From positions 100-64,099 of the forward strand of contig CAWDQD010000007.1 of NCBI GenBank assembly GCA_963804385.1: 64,000 nucleotides of DNA, written 5' to 3'. The notes beneath the pieces were generated by a model, which worked only from the letters and a program-made list of their open reading frames with translations, did not search any database and was not told the DNA's origin. Below, in pieces: positions 1-8,104 of this stretch; position 1 is the first letter of the stretch; each line of letters begins with the position of its first letter. Source of the DNA: an uncultured Candidatus Micrarchaeota archaeon (lineage in GTDB: Archaea; Micrarchaeota; Micrarchaeia; Anstonellales; Bilamarchaeaceae). Both the position numbers and the translations under genes were made by a program.

Positions 1-33
1 GATCTTCCACAAAGGAGAACTGGTAGTCTGCAA

Positions 34-774
34 GTGATTTTCATGACCCGCATCGTCCATCATGGAAGAAAGGATACCGCTTCGGCATCCGGCAAATTCG
101 GGGTATTCAGGCCCGAACCCCTGATTGAAACGAGGGTCCTGAAGATCGAATCCGCGCAAGCCCTTGAAGTGATCAGGAATGCATGGACGATGTACTGCAT
201 TTTTGACGAAGAGACGCCCCATGAAAAATTATATGCCGCGGCGTATGAAAAAATACAGAAACTCGGATATTCCGCGAAAGACGTCGAAGCCTTTTCAATC
301 GCCTTGGCAGAATCTCAGGATGGGGAGGATTTCCAGAGAAAAGCCGGTTTTTTCCTGAGCGCGCTGATAAACCACTGCCCGGAAGAGAGATTCGTCATAC
401 ATACGACGCACTTCGCCAGGCCGATCAATTACATCGGGACGCAAAACGCGAAGCATATCGTTGTGGAAGGCGATGCAGGATCCAATCTCGGTCTTAAAAT
501 GGAGGGCGGTTCGATACTGGTGACCGGGGATGCCGGTGTTAAGGTCGGCAATAGCATGAACGGCGGCATCATAACCGTGAAAGGCGATGCTAATAGTAGC
601 CCCGGTTCGGATATGAACGGCGGGACCATCATAATCGATGGTGATTCCGGAGGCGCGATCGGGCCGGTGATGAATGACGCCGAAATCCATTTCAATGGCA
701 ATTATAGCGGGGGCGTATACCCCCAATCCACCGGAAAAATCTTCCATAAAGGGAAAAAGATATACCCGCGGTGA
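34..774 (+). CDS. GXGXG-repeat beta-helix protein (FwdC / glutamate synthase C-terminal domain-like)
   Basis: 246-aa ORF. The C-terminal half is a run of the periodic motif VEGDAGSNLGLKMEGGSILVTGDAGVKVGNSMNGGIITVKGDANSSPGSDMNGGTIIIDGDSGG, typical of the GXGXG beta-helix fold. Confidence 0.55.
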   Translation: MIFMTRIVHHGRKDTASASGKFGVFRPEPLIETRVLKIESAQALEVIRNAWTMYCIFDEETPHEKLYAAAYEKIQKLGYSAKDVEAFSIALAESQDGEDFQRKAGFFLSALINHCPEERFVIHTTHFARPINYIGTQNAKHIVVEGDAGSNLGLKMEGGSILVTGDAGVKVGNSMNGGIITVKGDANSSPGSDMNGGTIIIDGDSGGAIGPVMNDAEIHFNGNYSGGVYPQSTGKIFHKGKKIYPR

Positions 775-782
775 ATCGCCTG

Positions 783-1295
783 TCATCGTGACCTGCTACG
801 CAGGAACCTGGCCATGAAATCCTCCGCGACGCCCTTGTTCATCTTATGCAGTTCCATCATATGGGACATGGCGAGATCCGCATCGTTGAGCGCGAGCGCG
901 AACAGGAACATGAGCTGCTCTATCTCTTCGTTGTCCTTCGCTTTCCTGGCTATCTTGAGGATCTCGTACCCTTTGTGGAATTCGCCGAGCCGGTAGTAAA
1001 CCGCGCCAGCGAGCACCGCGCAGGCAGTCATATCGCCTGCATCCGTGCTCATGTTGAACGCCTTCCTGCTCTCGAGTTTGGCTTCTTCGAAATGCTCTGT
1101 CCAGAAAGCCGCTTTGGCCAGGAAATAATGCGATATCACCTCCGAATCGAATGCGGAGGCGAATGCCTTGGAGAGATCGTAAGCCTGAATATAGTCCTCG
1201 TTGTTGAGGTAGAAAGCGATCTGCTTGATGAACGCGCTCTTTTTCGTTATCACGGTATGCGATTCCAACGATAATTTATAAGAATTCTTTTTCAT
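783..1295 (-). CDS. helical-repeat (TPR-like) hypothetical protein
   Basis: ORF 783..1313. I prefer the MKKNSYKL start at 1295 because the 1313 start overlaps the divergent gene starting at 1307. Amphipathic helical-repeat composition, no catalytic motif. Confidence 0.4.
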   Translation of the reverse strand: MKKNSYKLSLESHTVITKKSAFIKQIAFYLNNEDYIQAYDLSKAFASAFDSEVISHYFLAKAAFWTEHFEEAKLESRKAFNMSTDAGDMTACAVLAGAVYYRLGEFHKGYEILKIARKAKDNEEIEQLMFLFALALNDADLAMSHMMELHKMNKGVAEDFMARFLRSRSR

Positions 1296-1306
1296 ATCAT
1301 ATACGC

Positions 1307-2746
1307 ATGCCATCTCAAGCGCAATCCAAGCAGCAAGATGTCCAAGACATGGCGCAGCAGACGATCGCCACCCTCACCAACCAATTCACCGGCCTCAACC
1401 TTGGCAACGAGACCCAGAACATAGTGAACCGCGCTCTTCAGCAGCTTCCCTCCGACGCGACGAGATCCCAGGTGGAACTGCGGGTGACGGAGCAGGTCTT
1501 GGGGTTCCTTTCCAGGGAGAACCCTGAACTCGCGAACCAGGTGCGGACAAAGCTCCCCGCGTCTGTCATATCAAAGGAAGGCAGCGAGATCCCGTGGGTC
1601 AAGGAGATGGGATTCCTGCTCTTGCACATGAATGCGGGTCTGGAGATCGGGGAGGTAGCGAAAGATTCTTTCGGCCGCACCTCCAAGTTCGAGGATAACA
1701 TCTCCACCGTAGGCACAAGGATATCCATCCGCTCCGGATTGGATGATAAGGCACCTGGCCCCCGGGAGGGCACCGAGGTAAACGCGCTCCGCCATACCAT
1801 CTGGCAGGCAGCAATCGCCTCGAAATTCGGAGTCGATATCGCTGTCGAAGCCGGCAAAGTGCATGAGAACAACCCCGATATGGTCCGGGATATCTCCTCC
1901 AAAACATCATTCACCACGCTCAGCCTGGCTGATCAGGGCACCGACCTGCTGAACAACGAGATCGGCAGGTATATCGGCAAGAGCAACACTGGCCTGCAGC
2001 CGCAGGAGCTGGCCTTGAAATCCTTGGATTATTTCCACAGCAAGGGCCTATGGATGGCCGCAAAGCAGAGCGACGGCACCTTCAAGCTCGTGCAAACGAA
2101 ACTCCCGGATGCGGAATACGCGAGGGCGAAGAAAGAGATCATGAAGCTCGACCGCGATGGCTTGACCCGCGAGGAAAGCAGGGTGGTCAAGTTCATCTCG
2201 GGATTCCAGCTCACGAACATGAAGGACGTCCGGGACGTGGAGCTGCAGACCCTATCCAAGCTTTCCAAAGAGTTCAATATCGACCTGGGCGGGGAGGCGC
2301 AAAAAATATCAGAACGGATGTCCTTCCAGCTTTCGGAAGCGGGGGCGATGACGCGGTCGCAGGTGGAGCAGGCCGTGGTGCAGCAGATCGCGGATGCCAT
2401 CTCCAAAGGGGGGAAACAGGATGTCGCAAATCGAATCCTGGCCAGGTTCCCGGCGGAGCGCCCTCTTGCCAACCACAGGGAGATGAAGGATGTGGCGCAG
2501 CAGACTTTCGCCGCCATAAAAAAAGAGTTCAATATAGATCTGGGCGAGCAGTCCCAGTATATGACGCTCATTGCCTTGCGGCAGCTGCAGCCCGGCGCGA
2601 CAAGATCGCAAGTGGAAGAGAACGTCGTTTTCTATGTAGTGAACTCCCTCTTCAGGGGGAAGAACCCGGATCTCGCGAGCCCCGTGCTGGAAAAATTCCA
2701 TCAGGATTATATGGATAAGCGGCTCCCGGGTTCCAAATCCCATTGA
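1307..2746 (+). CDS. hypothetical protein with three ~70-aa TRSQVE repeat modules flanking a central HE-containing domain
   Basis: 479-aa ORF. TTTATAAG lies about 25-30 nt upstream of the ATG (leaderless-type layout). Three internal repeats each contain an invariant TRSQVE. Central segment: NALRHTIWQAAIASKFGVDIAVEAGKVHENNP...DLLNNEIGRYIG. Confidence 0.6.
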   Translation: MPSQAQSKQQDVQDMAQQTIATLTNQFTGLNLGNETQNIVNRALQQLPSDATRSQVELRVTEQVLGFLSRENPELANQVRTKLPASVISKEGSEIPWVKEMGFLLLHMNAGLEIGEVAKDSFGRTSKFEDNISTVGTRISIRSGLDDKAPGPREGTEVNALRHTIWQAAIASKFGVDIAVEAGKVHENNPDMVRDISSKTSFTTLSLADQGTDLLNNEIGRYIGKSNTGLQPQELALKSLDYFHSKGLWMAAKQSDGTFKLVQTKLPDAEYARAKKEIMKLDRDGLTREESRVVKFISGFQLTNMKDVRDVELQTLSKLSKEFNIDLGGEAQKISERMSFQLSEAGAMTRSQVEQAVVQQIADAISKGGKQDVANRILARFPAERPLANHREMKDVAQQTFAAIKKEFNIDLGEQSQYMTLIALRQLQPGATRSQVEENVVFYVVNSLFRGKNPDLASPVLEKFHQDYMDKRLPGSKSH

Positions 2747-2836
2747 ATGCCCCAAATATCTCCATACCTGGGGTGTTCTCCATCTGATATCTGGCGTTTC
2801 TCCCGAATCGATAGCGATTAATTCGGTTCGCTCCCC

Positions 2837-3409
2837 ATGCTATCCATGCGGTTTTTCGCTCTAGTTATGGTCATGGTCTCCATGGTCTGGGCAGCCGGCC
2901 TCAACCTAACCACATCCACATCCTGCCCGGGAGACGTGCTCACCGTCCATGCGCAGACATCGGACAACAGCAGCCCGAGCGGCTTCCAGCTCCGCCTCCT
3001 GCTCTACAATCCCTACAACGGCCTCGTCGACACCTTCTTCACCGATGCGAACGGATCGGCTTCAATTAACCTCTCGCGGGCAGGGTATTATCGCATATAC
3101 TTCAATACGACTGCCTACACCCACCCCGATTATGTCGATTTCAACCATGCACTATGCCCGCCGCTTCCGCCAGACCAGATCAACCTCTCGATTTCCGCGG
3201 ATTGCTCGCGCGATATCCTGCTGATCAATGCCACGTCGCAAGGTGCACCTCTCGGAGACGTCTTCCTCTCTGCAGATTCATGGTCCTCCATGACGAGCCA
3301 AAGCGGCAGCGCGGCCATCCCATTCCAAGGCGGGGATTACGCGTTCATAAGCGCGCAGAAAGGCTCTTTTGCGCCATGGGGCGGATGGTTCGCGACCGGC
3401 TGCGGATAG
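2837..3409 (+). CDS. secreted hypothetical protein
   Basis: 190-aa ORF with an N-terminal hydrophobic signal-like segment (MLSMRFFALVMVMVSMVWAAG) and several N-x-S/T sequons. Confidence 0.5.
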   Translation: MLSMRFFALVMVMVSMVWAAGLNLTTSTSCPGDVLTVHAQTSDNSSPSGFQLRLLLYNPYNGLVDTFFTDANGSASINLSRAGYYRIYFNTTAYTHPDYVDFNHALCPPLPPDQINLSISADCSRDILLINATSQGAPLGDVFLSADSWSSMTSQSGSAAIPFQGGDYAFISAQKGSFAPWGGWFATGCG

Positions 3410-3439
3410 AGCTATAATGATTCGGCAGCATTTCCATCC

Positions 3440-4465
3440 ATGCTCCGCAGGCTCGCGCTCCTGGTCATTCTCCTAGCATTCTTCGGCTGCGTCAGCCAGA
3501 ATCCGCCTGCGCCAAATCAAAGCTATGCCCAGAACGTCTCCAATGAAACGATCAACCAGACGTATAATGGGACAACGGAGAACATCTCCATCGTGAATTC
3601 CACTTCGATTGAGAACGATTCAAGCCAGAATGCTTCGATCGTGAATGTCTCCGTCGCCAACGGTTCCGCGGGGAACTCATCGATCTCGAGCAGCTCCAAT
3701 GCTTCGCTCATCCCTTCGGTCTGCGGGAACGGCATCCGGGAAGGCAGCGAGCAATGCGATGGTACGGATGATTCCGCGTGCAAGCCCTTCCAATACTGCA
3801 GGGGCTGCAAGTGCATAGACAAGCCCCAGGTCTGCGGGGACGGCAAGATTGAAGGGACAGAGCAATGCGAGAACGATTCGGATTGCAGAAGCCCGCTCGT
3901 CTGCGTCAAATGCATGTGCGTCTGGAACCAGAGCGTTTGCGGCGACGGCATACTGGAGGCCGGAGAGCAGTGCGATGCGGGTCACTCCTGCGCCTCAGGA
4001 TACCACTGCAGCGGCTGCAAATGCCTCGCGAATCCCGGCTATTGCGGGGACGGCAAGATCGATCCCGGAGAGCAGTGCGATCCAAACGCCAATCCGACCG
4101 GATGCAAGAGCGGCGTCTGCTCAGCGACGTGCCAGTGCGTCTCGCCGCCGACTCTCGACTGCGGCCAGATCTGCGGGAACACGCCAGGAGCACAGAATAT
4201 CGGAGGCAATTACACGAGCCAGGACGAATGCGCCGCAGCGGTCCAGAGCATCTACAACGAGAGCTGTTCCCTTTCATGCAGCTACGCCCAACTCTACAAG
4301 GTCAGCAACCCCGCAGGTTCAGCGACCTGCTGCTGCGCCGTGGCAGGGCCGGTCTATCCCTGCTCGAACTGCTCCTGCCTGGGGATGGGGTGCAATCAAA
4401 GCTGCCCAAGCGAGCAGACCTGCCAGCAGGACGCTCCAACCTGGTACCAGATCACAAATACTTGA
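3440..4465 (+). CDS. secreted cysteine-rich repeat protein (CGDG-x5-EQCD repeats) with a sequon-dense stalk
   Basis: Signal/lipobox-like N-terminus (LLAFFGCVSQ). 13 N-x-S/T sequons within about 65 aa. Four repeats: CGNGIREGSEQCDG, CGDGKIEGTEQCEN, CGDGILEAGEQCDA, CGDGKIDPGEQCDP. Further Cys-rich C-terminus. Confidence 0.7.
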   Translation: MLRRLALLVILLAFFGCVSQNPPAPNQSYAQNVSNETINQTYNGTTENISIVNSTSIENDSSQNASIVNVSVANGSAGNSSISSSSNASLIPSVCGNGIREGSEQCDGTDDSACKPFQYCRGCKCIDKPQVCGDGKIEGTEQCENDSDCRSPLVCVKCMCVWNQSVCGDGILEAGEQCDAGHSCASGYHCSGCKCLANPGYCGDGKIDPGEQCDPNANPTGCKSGVCSATCQCVSPPTLDCGQICGNTPGAQNIGGNYTSQDECAAAVQSIYNESCSLSCSYAQLYKVSNPAGSATCCCAVAGPVYPCSNCSCLGMGCNQSCPSEQTCQQDAPTWYQITNT

Positions 4466-4964
4466 GCAGGTACTCCTTCTTGGACGGTATCTTCACTCCG
4501 CTCGTCTTCTCCAATTCAGCGACCATGGCTTTCCAGTCGTCGAAAAGTCGGATGTCCAATGTCACGGCGTCTGGTCCTTCGTTGACCTCTAGGATCGGCG
4601 ACACCGTCCATATGTACTTGACATCGCCGAAAGCCATGCTCTTTATCGGTATGGTCCTTTTCCTGTTGAGGAGATAAGTCAATTCCACAGAGCCCTTATC
4701 CACGCTCGCTGAGGTCATGGTGGAATTGAATGTGGACACACCGACCATGATGGCGAGCAGCCCGGCGAACCCTATTATGATGAACCAGAGCACGGTATCC
4801 AGGTTCCGGAGGGCCAGGAGCAATAGCAACAACCCCGTCGCGATGGAAGCGACTATCGTGTCGATCTGGAAGAACAAGGACCAGCCTTTCACTTTGAAAA
4901 TCATGCGCTCACCTGGATTATAGGTGGGCTTCCGCTTGAAAGCCCGGCTTTCAAGACCGCCCAT
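4452..4964 (-). CDS. membrane protein, hypothetical
   Basis: 170-aa ORF with two adjacent hydrophobic helices (IVASIATGLLLLLLAL, VLWFIIIGFAGLLAIMVGV) followed by a soluble C-terminal domain. The start is uncertain (alternative MIFKVKG). Confidence 0.5.
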   Translation of the reverse strand: MGGLESRAFKRKPTYNPGERMIFKVKGWSLFFQIDTIVASIATGLLLLLLALRNLDTVLWFIIIGFAGLLAIMVGVSTFNSTMTSASVDKGSVELTYLLNRKRTIPIKSMAFGDVKYIWTVSPILEVNEGPDAVTLDIRLFDDWKAMVAELEKTSGVKIPSKKEYLLKYL

Positions 4965-4971
4965 CTGTTTG

Positions 4972-5228
4972 AGATGGGCTTCCCGGTTTGCACTGCAATA
5001 TATGCGAGGAGCCTGCGCTTCTACACTCGACCCTGTATCTCACAAGCACGGCTCAAAACGTTTATGGCTGCTCCTTTCGGCCTGACCAGATTCACGCATC
5101 GCGCCGCCACATGAGGCAGGGCGTCAACGCTTGAAACGAAGGGCACGCATGCACTGCAGAACGCCCCGGGCATTCGAGCCGCTTAAAGGGGATGCGCGGT
5201 GCTGGGACCCCTAGCCCCACTCTAGCCC
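4972..5228 (-). ncRNA. signal recognition particle RNA (7S/SRP RNA), boundaries approximate
   Basis: The minus strand reads CUGGUCAGGCCGAAAGGAGCAGCC (plus 5066-5090), matching the universally conserved SRP helix-8 motif (E. coli 4.5S: GGUCAGGUCCGGAAGGAAGCAGCC) with a GNRA loop. The 5' part has Alu-domain-like hairpins: CUAG-AGUGGGG-CUAG, and GUCCCAGC as in the human 7SL loop. 5' UGGGCU can pair with 3' AGCCCA. A TATA box lies about 24 nt upstream. The region is a 390-bp gap without a convincing ORF. Confidence 0.6.
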
Positions 5229-5251
5229 ATTCCATATTCCACCGACGTTCT

Positions 5252-5259
5252 TTATAAGG
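5252..5259 (-). promoter_or_regulatory. TATA box (TTATAAAG on the minus strand) for the putative SRP RNA
   Basis: Plus-strand tttataagg at 5251-5259. Spacing to the proposed RNA 5' end (about 5228) fits the archaeal TATA-to-TSS distance. Confidence 0.45.
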
Positions 5260-5357
5260 CTAATCCATGGTTTCCGGGGTCTTTCCATCAAATTCCACTT
5301 TATATACGATTTTCCATAAAAGATAACTTTATAAGCACTTTCAGCTATATTATATGT

Positions 5358-6062
5358 ATGGCAAGGCCCCTTATCGCGACGATCGAATACAACCACGATT
5401 GCATCTGCTCCGACGTCCCGGAGCGCTTCCCGGATACCTCGATTCGGTATCTGGCCGAACTGGGAGAGCAGGGCAAGGCCATCAGGCATTTCTTCAACGT
5501 CTCGGGCCCGGACATCCAGGGTTTCATCAAATCCGTCCGCATGCACCCGACCACCTTCGACGTGAAGGTCGTCCGGAAAGGCAAGGATTCATCAGAGATA
5601 ATAACGATAACCAAGAAAGACGCGTCGACGAAATTCGCGCTTAAGAAATCCGGCAGCGCGTTCATATCGAACCCGGTCTACGATGGCGGGATCGAGAAAG
5701 CGCACCTTTTCGCCCCCTCGTTCGACGCCCTCAAGATATTCCTCGATTCATTGAAGAACAGCTATAACGTGAAGGTCGCGTCCAGGCACTTCCTGAAAGA
5801 GGACGAGCGGGTCCGTCCGGACAGCCTGGTGAAGAGCGGTTTCATGGAATTCGTATCCGCAGCAGACCTCCTCACCAAGAGGCAGGCGGAAGCTCTCCGG
5901 CTTGCCGGAGACCTGAACTATTACGATATCCCCAAGCGCGTTTCTTTGGAGCAGATCGGCCAGAAGATGGGCATCAGCGAGGCCGCGGCTGGGGAGCTGC
6001 TGCGGAAGGCCGAGCACAAGCTCATGCCCGCGATAGCGAAGATAATCGAGCTCCAGAACTGA
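5358..6062 (+). CDS. HTH_10 (bacterio-opsin activator-type) DNA-binding protein
   Basis: C-terminal LTKRQAEALRLAGDLNYYDIPKRVSLEQIGQKMGISEAAAGELLRKAEHKL matches the archaeal HTH_10 module. Confidence 0.7.
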   Translation: MARPLIATIEYNHDCICSDVPERFPDTSIRYLAELGEQGKAIRHFFNVSGPDIQGFIKSVRMHPTTFDVKVVRKGKDSSEIITITKKDASTKFALKKSGSAFISNPVYDGGIEKAHLFAPSFDALKIFLDSLKNSYNVKVASRHFLKEDERVRPDSLVKSGFMEFVSAADLLTKRQAEALRLAGDLNYYDIPKRVSLEQIGQKMGISEAAAGELLRKAEHKLMPAIAKIIELQN

Positions 6063-6106
6063 TTTTGCTCATATCCCGTACGGCATCAGCCACGCCGGAA
6101 AAAGGC

Positions 6107-6185
6107 CAAAACGCTTGCCTGGACAAGGGTCAGGCTAATGCGGCCTTGTTTGCACTAATTACCCCGTGCAAACACAAAAGAAGAA
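6107..6185 (+). repeat. 79-bp duplicated leader, copy 1, containing inverted repeat TGTTTGCAC-N10-GTGCAAACA over the start codon
   Basis: Aligns at roughly 85% identity by eye, without gaps, to 6857..6935, exactly 750 bp downstream. Stem arms are 6147-6155 and 6166-6174; the second arm begins with the GTG start of ORF 6166. Confidence 0.8.
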
Positions 6186-6759
6186 ATTACAGGCTGATAA
6201 CAGAGCCAGATACGAAAGAACAATCGACCCAAAGAGGATGCTGTCTCATCCGTTAGTTGATAGAGCCATTCGCGAAGATTTACAAAATATTAAGCACTTC
6301 TTGCCGGCCGTAACAGCGACCAATATCAGATATGGGCGGGGTGCAACGAGAGCCGTGGTCTGGAACGAAGGCGGGAGTGGAAGCGAGATATACCTGCCTC
6401 CCCGGGACGGCTGGTACGTGCCCGACAATCCGTTTGCCATTCCAAACGGTAGGCCAAGTAATATCAATGATCTCAATGCCCTTTTCCTTATGCGTGAACG
6501 GTATCATGAATTTAGCGGCCGCGTGGCACGCTGCTTTGGTGTTTCAGATCGCGACGCCGGCAGGCGTTACGTCCTTGTCAATGACTTCTCGTCTGATGTT
6601 CCGGGGGTGGCGTTGGTTAACCACGAACCGGCCGCGACGCTTGAAATGCCAACTGCTAGACTTGAAGCTATTCAAGAAATAGAAAAACTGATTCGTTTAG
6701 GTTCTGATGAGGATATCCAAACTCTCTTGAGGCATCTCCAGTCGAGGAATTTGCTCTAG
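6166..6759 (+). CDS. hypothetical protein (GTG start) sharing its leader and first residues with the downstream radical SAM gene
   Basis: 197-aa ORF. N-terminus MQTQKKKLQ versus MQTQIKKLE of ORF 6916. No recognisable domain. Confidence 0.5.
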   Translation: MQTQKKKLQADNRARYERTIDPKRMLSHPLVDRAIREDLQNIKHFLPAVTATNIRYGRGATRAVVWNEGGSGSEIYLPPRDGWYVPDNPFAIPNGRPSNINDLNALFLMRERYHEFSGRVARCFGVSDRDAGRRYVLVNDFSSDVPGVALVNHEPAATLEMPTARLEAIQEIEKLIRLGSDEDIQTLLRHLQSRNLL

Positions 6760-6856
6760 CTCATGCCGACAATCACGAAAGTCATGGGGCTCCAGAACCG
6801 ATTCTATTCACCCATAATCATCATTTTTCCAGCGTCAGCCACGTCGTAAAAACCAT

Positions 6857-6935
6857 CAAAACCCTTGTCTGGACAAGGACCAGGCTAATGCGGCCCTGTT
6901 TGCACTAATTACTCCATGCAAACACAAATTAAGAA
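6857..6935 (+). repeat. 79-bp duplicated leader, copy 2 (TGTTTGCAC-N10-ATGCAAACA)
   Basis: See copy 1. Arms are 6897-6905 and 6916-6924; the second arm begins with the ATG of the radical SAM gene. Confidence 0.8.
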
Positions 6936-8082
6936 ACTGGAGTTCCCGGATGTGGCTGTGAAGTTTCCAGGTCGTTTCCCGACCGGCCATGTGAATGATA
7001 CGAAGGGGTGGAATTTCCCCCAATCCGTTCTTAGCGAGGCCGCGCAAAAAGGGCAGATGCTATCCATAGATCTCGATATGACGGGGAGCCCTAGCTGCAG
7101 CCTCCGGTGCTCGCATTGCTTCAACCCGACCGCGAAGCTGCTGCAGATCCGCAATGCGCTCCTTACCGATTCAGAAGTCCTGAGCGTAGTGGACCAGGGA
7201 AAGGCGCTCGGGCTGCGTTCGGTGAAGATAATCGGCCCCGGCGAGCCCCTCGAGACGAAGACGCTGCTCCATTTCCTGGAGTACCTCGCGACGCGCGATA
7301 TCACGCCGATGATATTCACGAAAGCGACGGCACTCGGCGACGGGCGCATCTCGAAGAGCGTCCACGGTCTGACCCCGGAGGAGCTGGCGATAAGGATCCG
7401 CGATTTCGGCGCCACGATACTCCTGGGCGCGAATTCGTTCGATCCCGAGACCCAGGCAGGGATAGTGGGGCGAAGCAATTATCCGGACGTCCGGAACCGC
7501 GCGATGGAGCTCCTCGCAGCCTCAGGCTTCAACGATTTCATACCAGGCGAGCCGACACGGCTTTCGATAATCCTGAACCCGATACTGAAGAGCAACTATG
7601 ACGAGATCTTCGATATCCACGTATGGGCGAGGCGCAGGCACATCTACATCATCTCTTCCCCCACCATGGTCTCCGGATCCTGCAGGGACGCCTCCGTCTA
7701 CAATTCCATCAATCCATCCGAGGCAGAGCTCGTCAGCCTTTACGTGAAGATAAACGCATGGGCCATACAGAACGGCATCTACACGCTCGATGATGTCGAG
7801 CGCGACGGCGTCAGCCCGTACGTGGGCGTGCGCCCCTGCCAGCAGCTCGGGCACGGGATGTTCATCCGGCGCGATGGTGTGGCATTCAGATGCCCCGGCG
7901 ACGACGTGAGCATCCAAGGCAACCTGAAGAACCAGAGCCTCGAGGAGATCTGGTCCGGAAGCGAGAATCTCCTCAAATTCGGAGGCATGATGAACGCGGG
8001 CTGCCCGCCAAAACTAGGCAAGACCATACCGGAAGGTTTCTTCGAAAAGGTGCTCGAAGGGCTGAGAGCGGCTTTGATATGA
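6916..8082 (+). CDS. radical SAM enzyme with SPASM/twitch-like C-terminal domain
   Basis: CX3CX2C cluster CSLRCSHC, then GPGEPLE. C-terminal Cys-containing segment RPCQQLGHGMFIRRDGVAFRCPGDDVSIQGNLKNQSLEEIWSGSE...AGCPPK. Confidence 0.85.
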   Translation: MQTQIKKLEFPDVAVKFPGRFPTGHVNDTKGWNFPQSVLSEAAQKGQMLSIDLDMTGSPSCSLRCSHCFNPTAKLLQIRNALLTDSEVLSVVDQGKALGLRSVKIIGPGEPLETKTLLHFLEYLATRDITPMIFTKATALGDGRISKSVHGLTPEELAIRIRDFGATILLGANSFDPETQAGIVGRSNYPDVRNRAMELLAASGFNDFIPGEPTRLSIILNPILKSNYDEIFDIHVWARRRHIYIISSPTMVSGSCRDASVYNSINPSEAELVSLYVKINAWAIQNGIYTLDDVERDGVSPYVGVRPCQQLGHGMFIRRDGVAFRCPGDDVSIQGNLKNQSLEEIWSGSENLLKFGGMMNAGCPPKLGKTIPEGFFEKVLEGLRAALI

Positions 8083-8104
8083 TCTCCAAATTGGAAGCGT
8101 TCTC

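Noticed and set aside
3849-4677. Alternative-frame ORFs 3849..4592 and 3865..4677 (247 and 270 aa)
   Set aside because: They overlap the Cys-rich repeat gene in other frames and are Arg/Ala/Ser-rich. The frame with the CGDG-x5-EQCD repeats and the signal peptide is clearly the coding one.
5270-5295. GGAAAGACC on the minus strand as a possible RNase P RNA CR-I element (GGAAAGUCC)
   Set aside because: It lies upstream of the TATA box. The other conserved RNase P regions were not found, and the neighbouring sequence fits SRP RNA far better.
5211-5665. Minus-strand ORFs 5211..5546 and 5345..5665
   Set aside because: They overlap the HTH_10 gene and the promoter and 5' region of the putative SRP RNA. 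No motifs.
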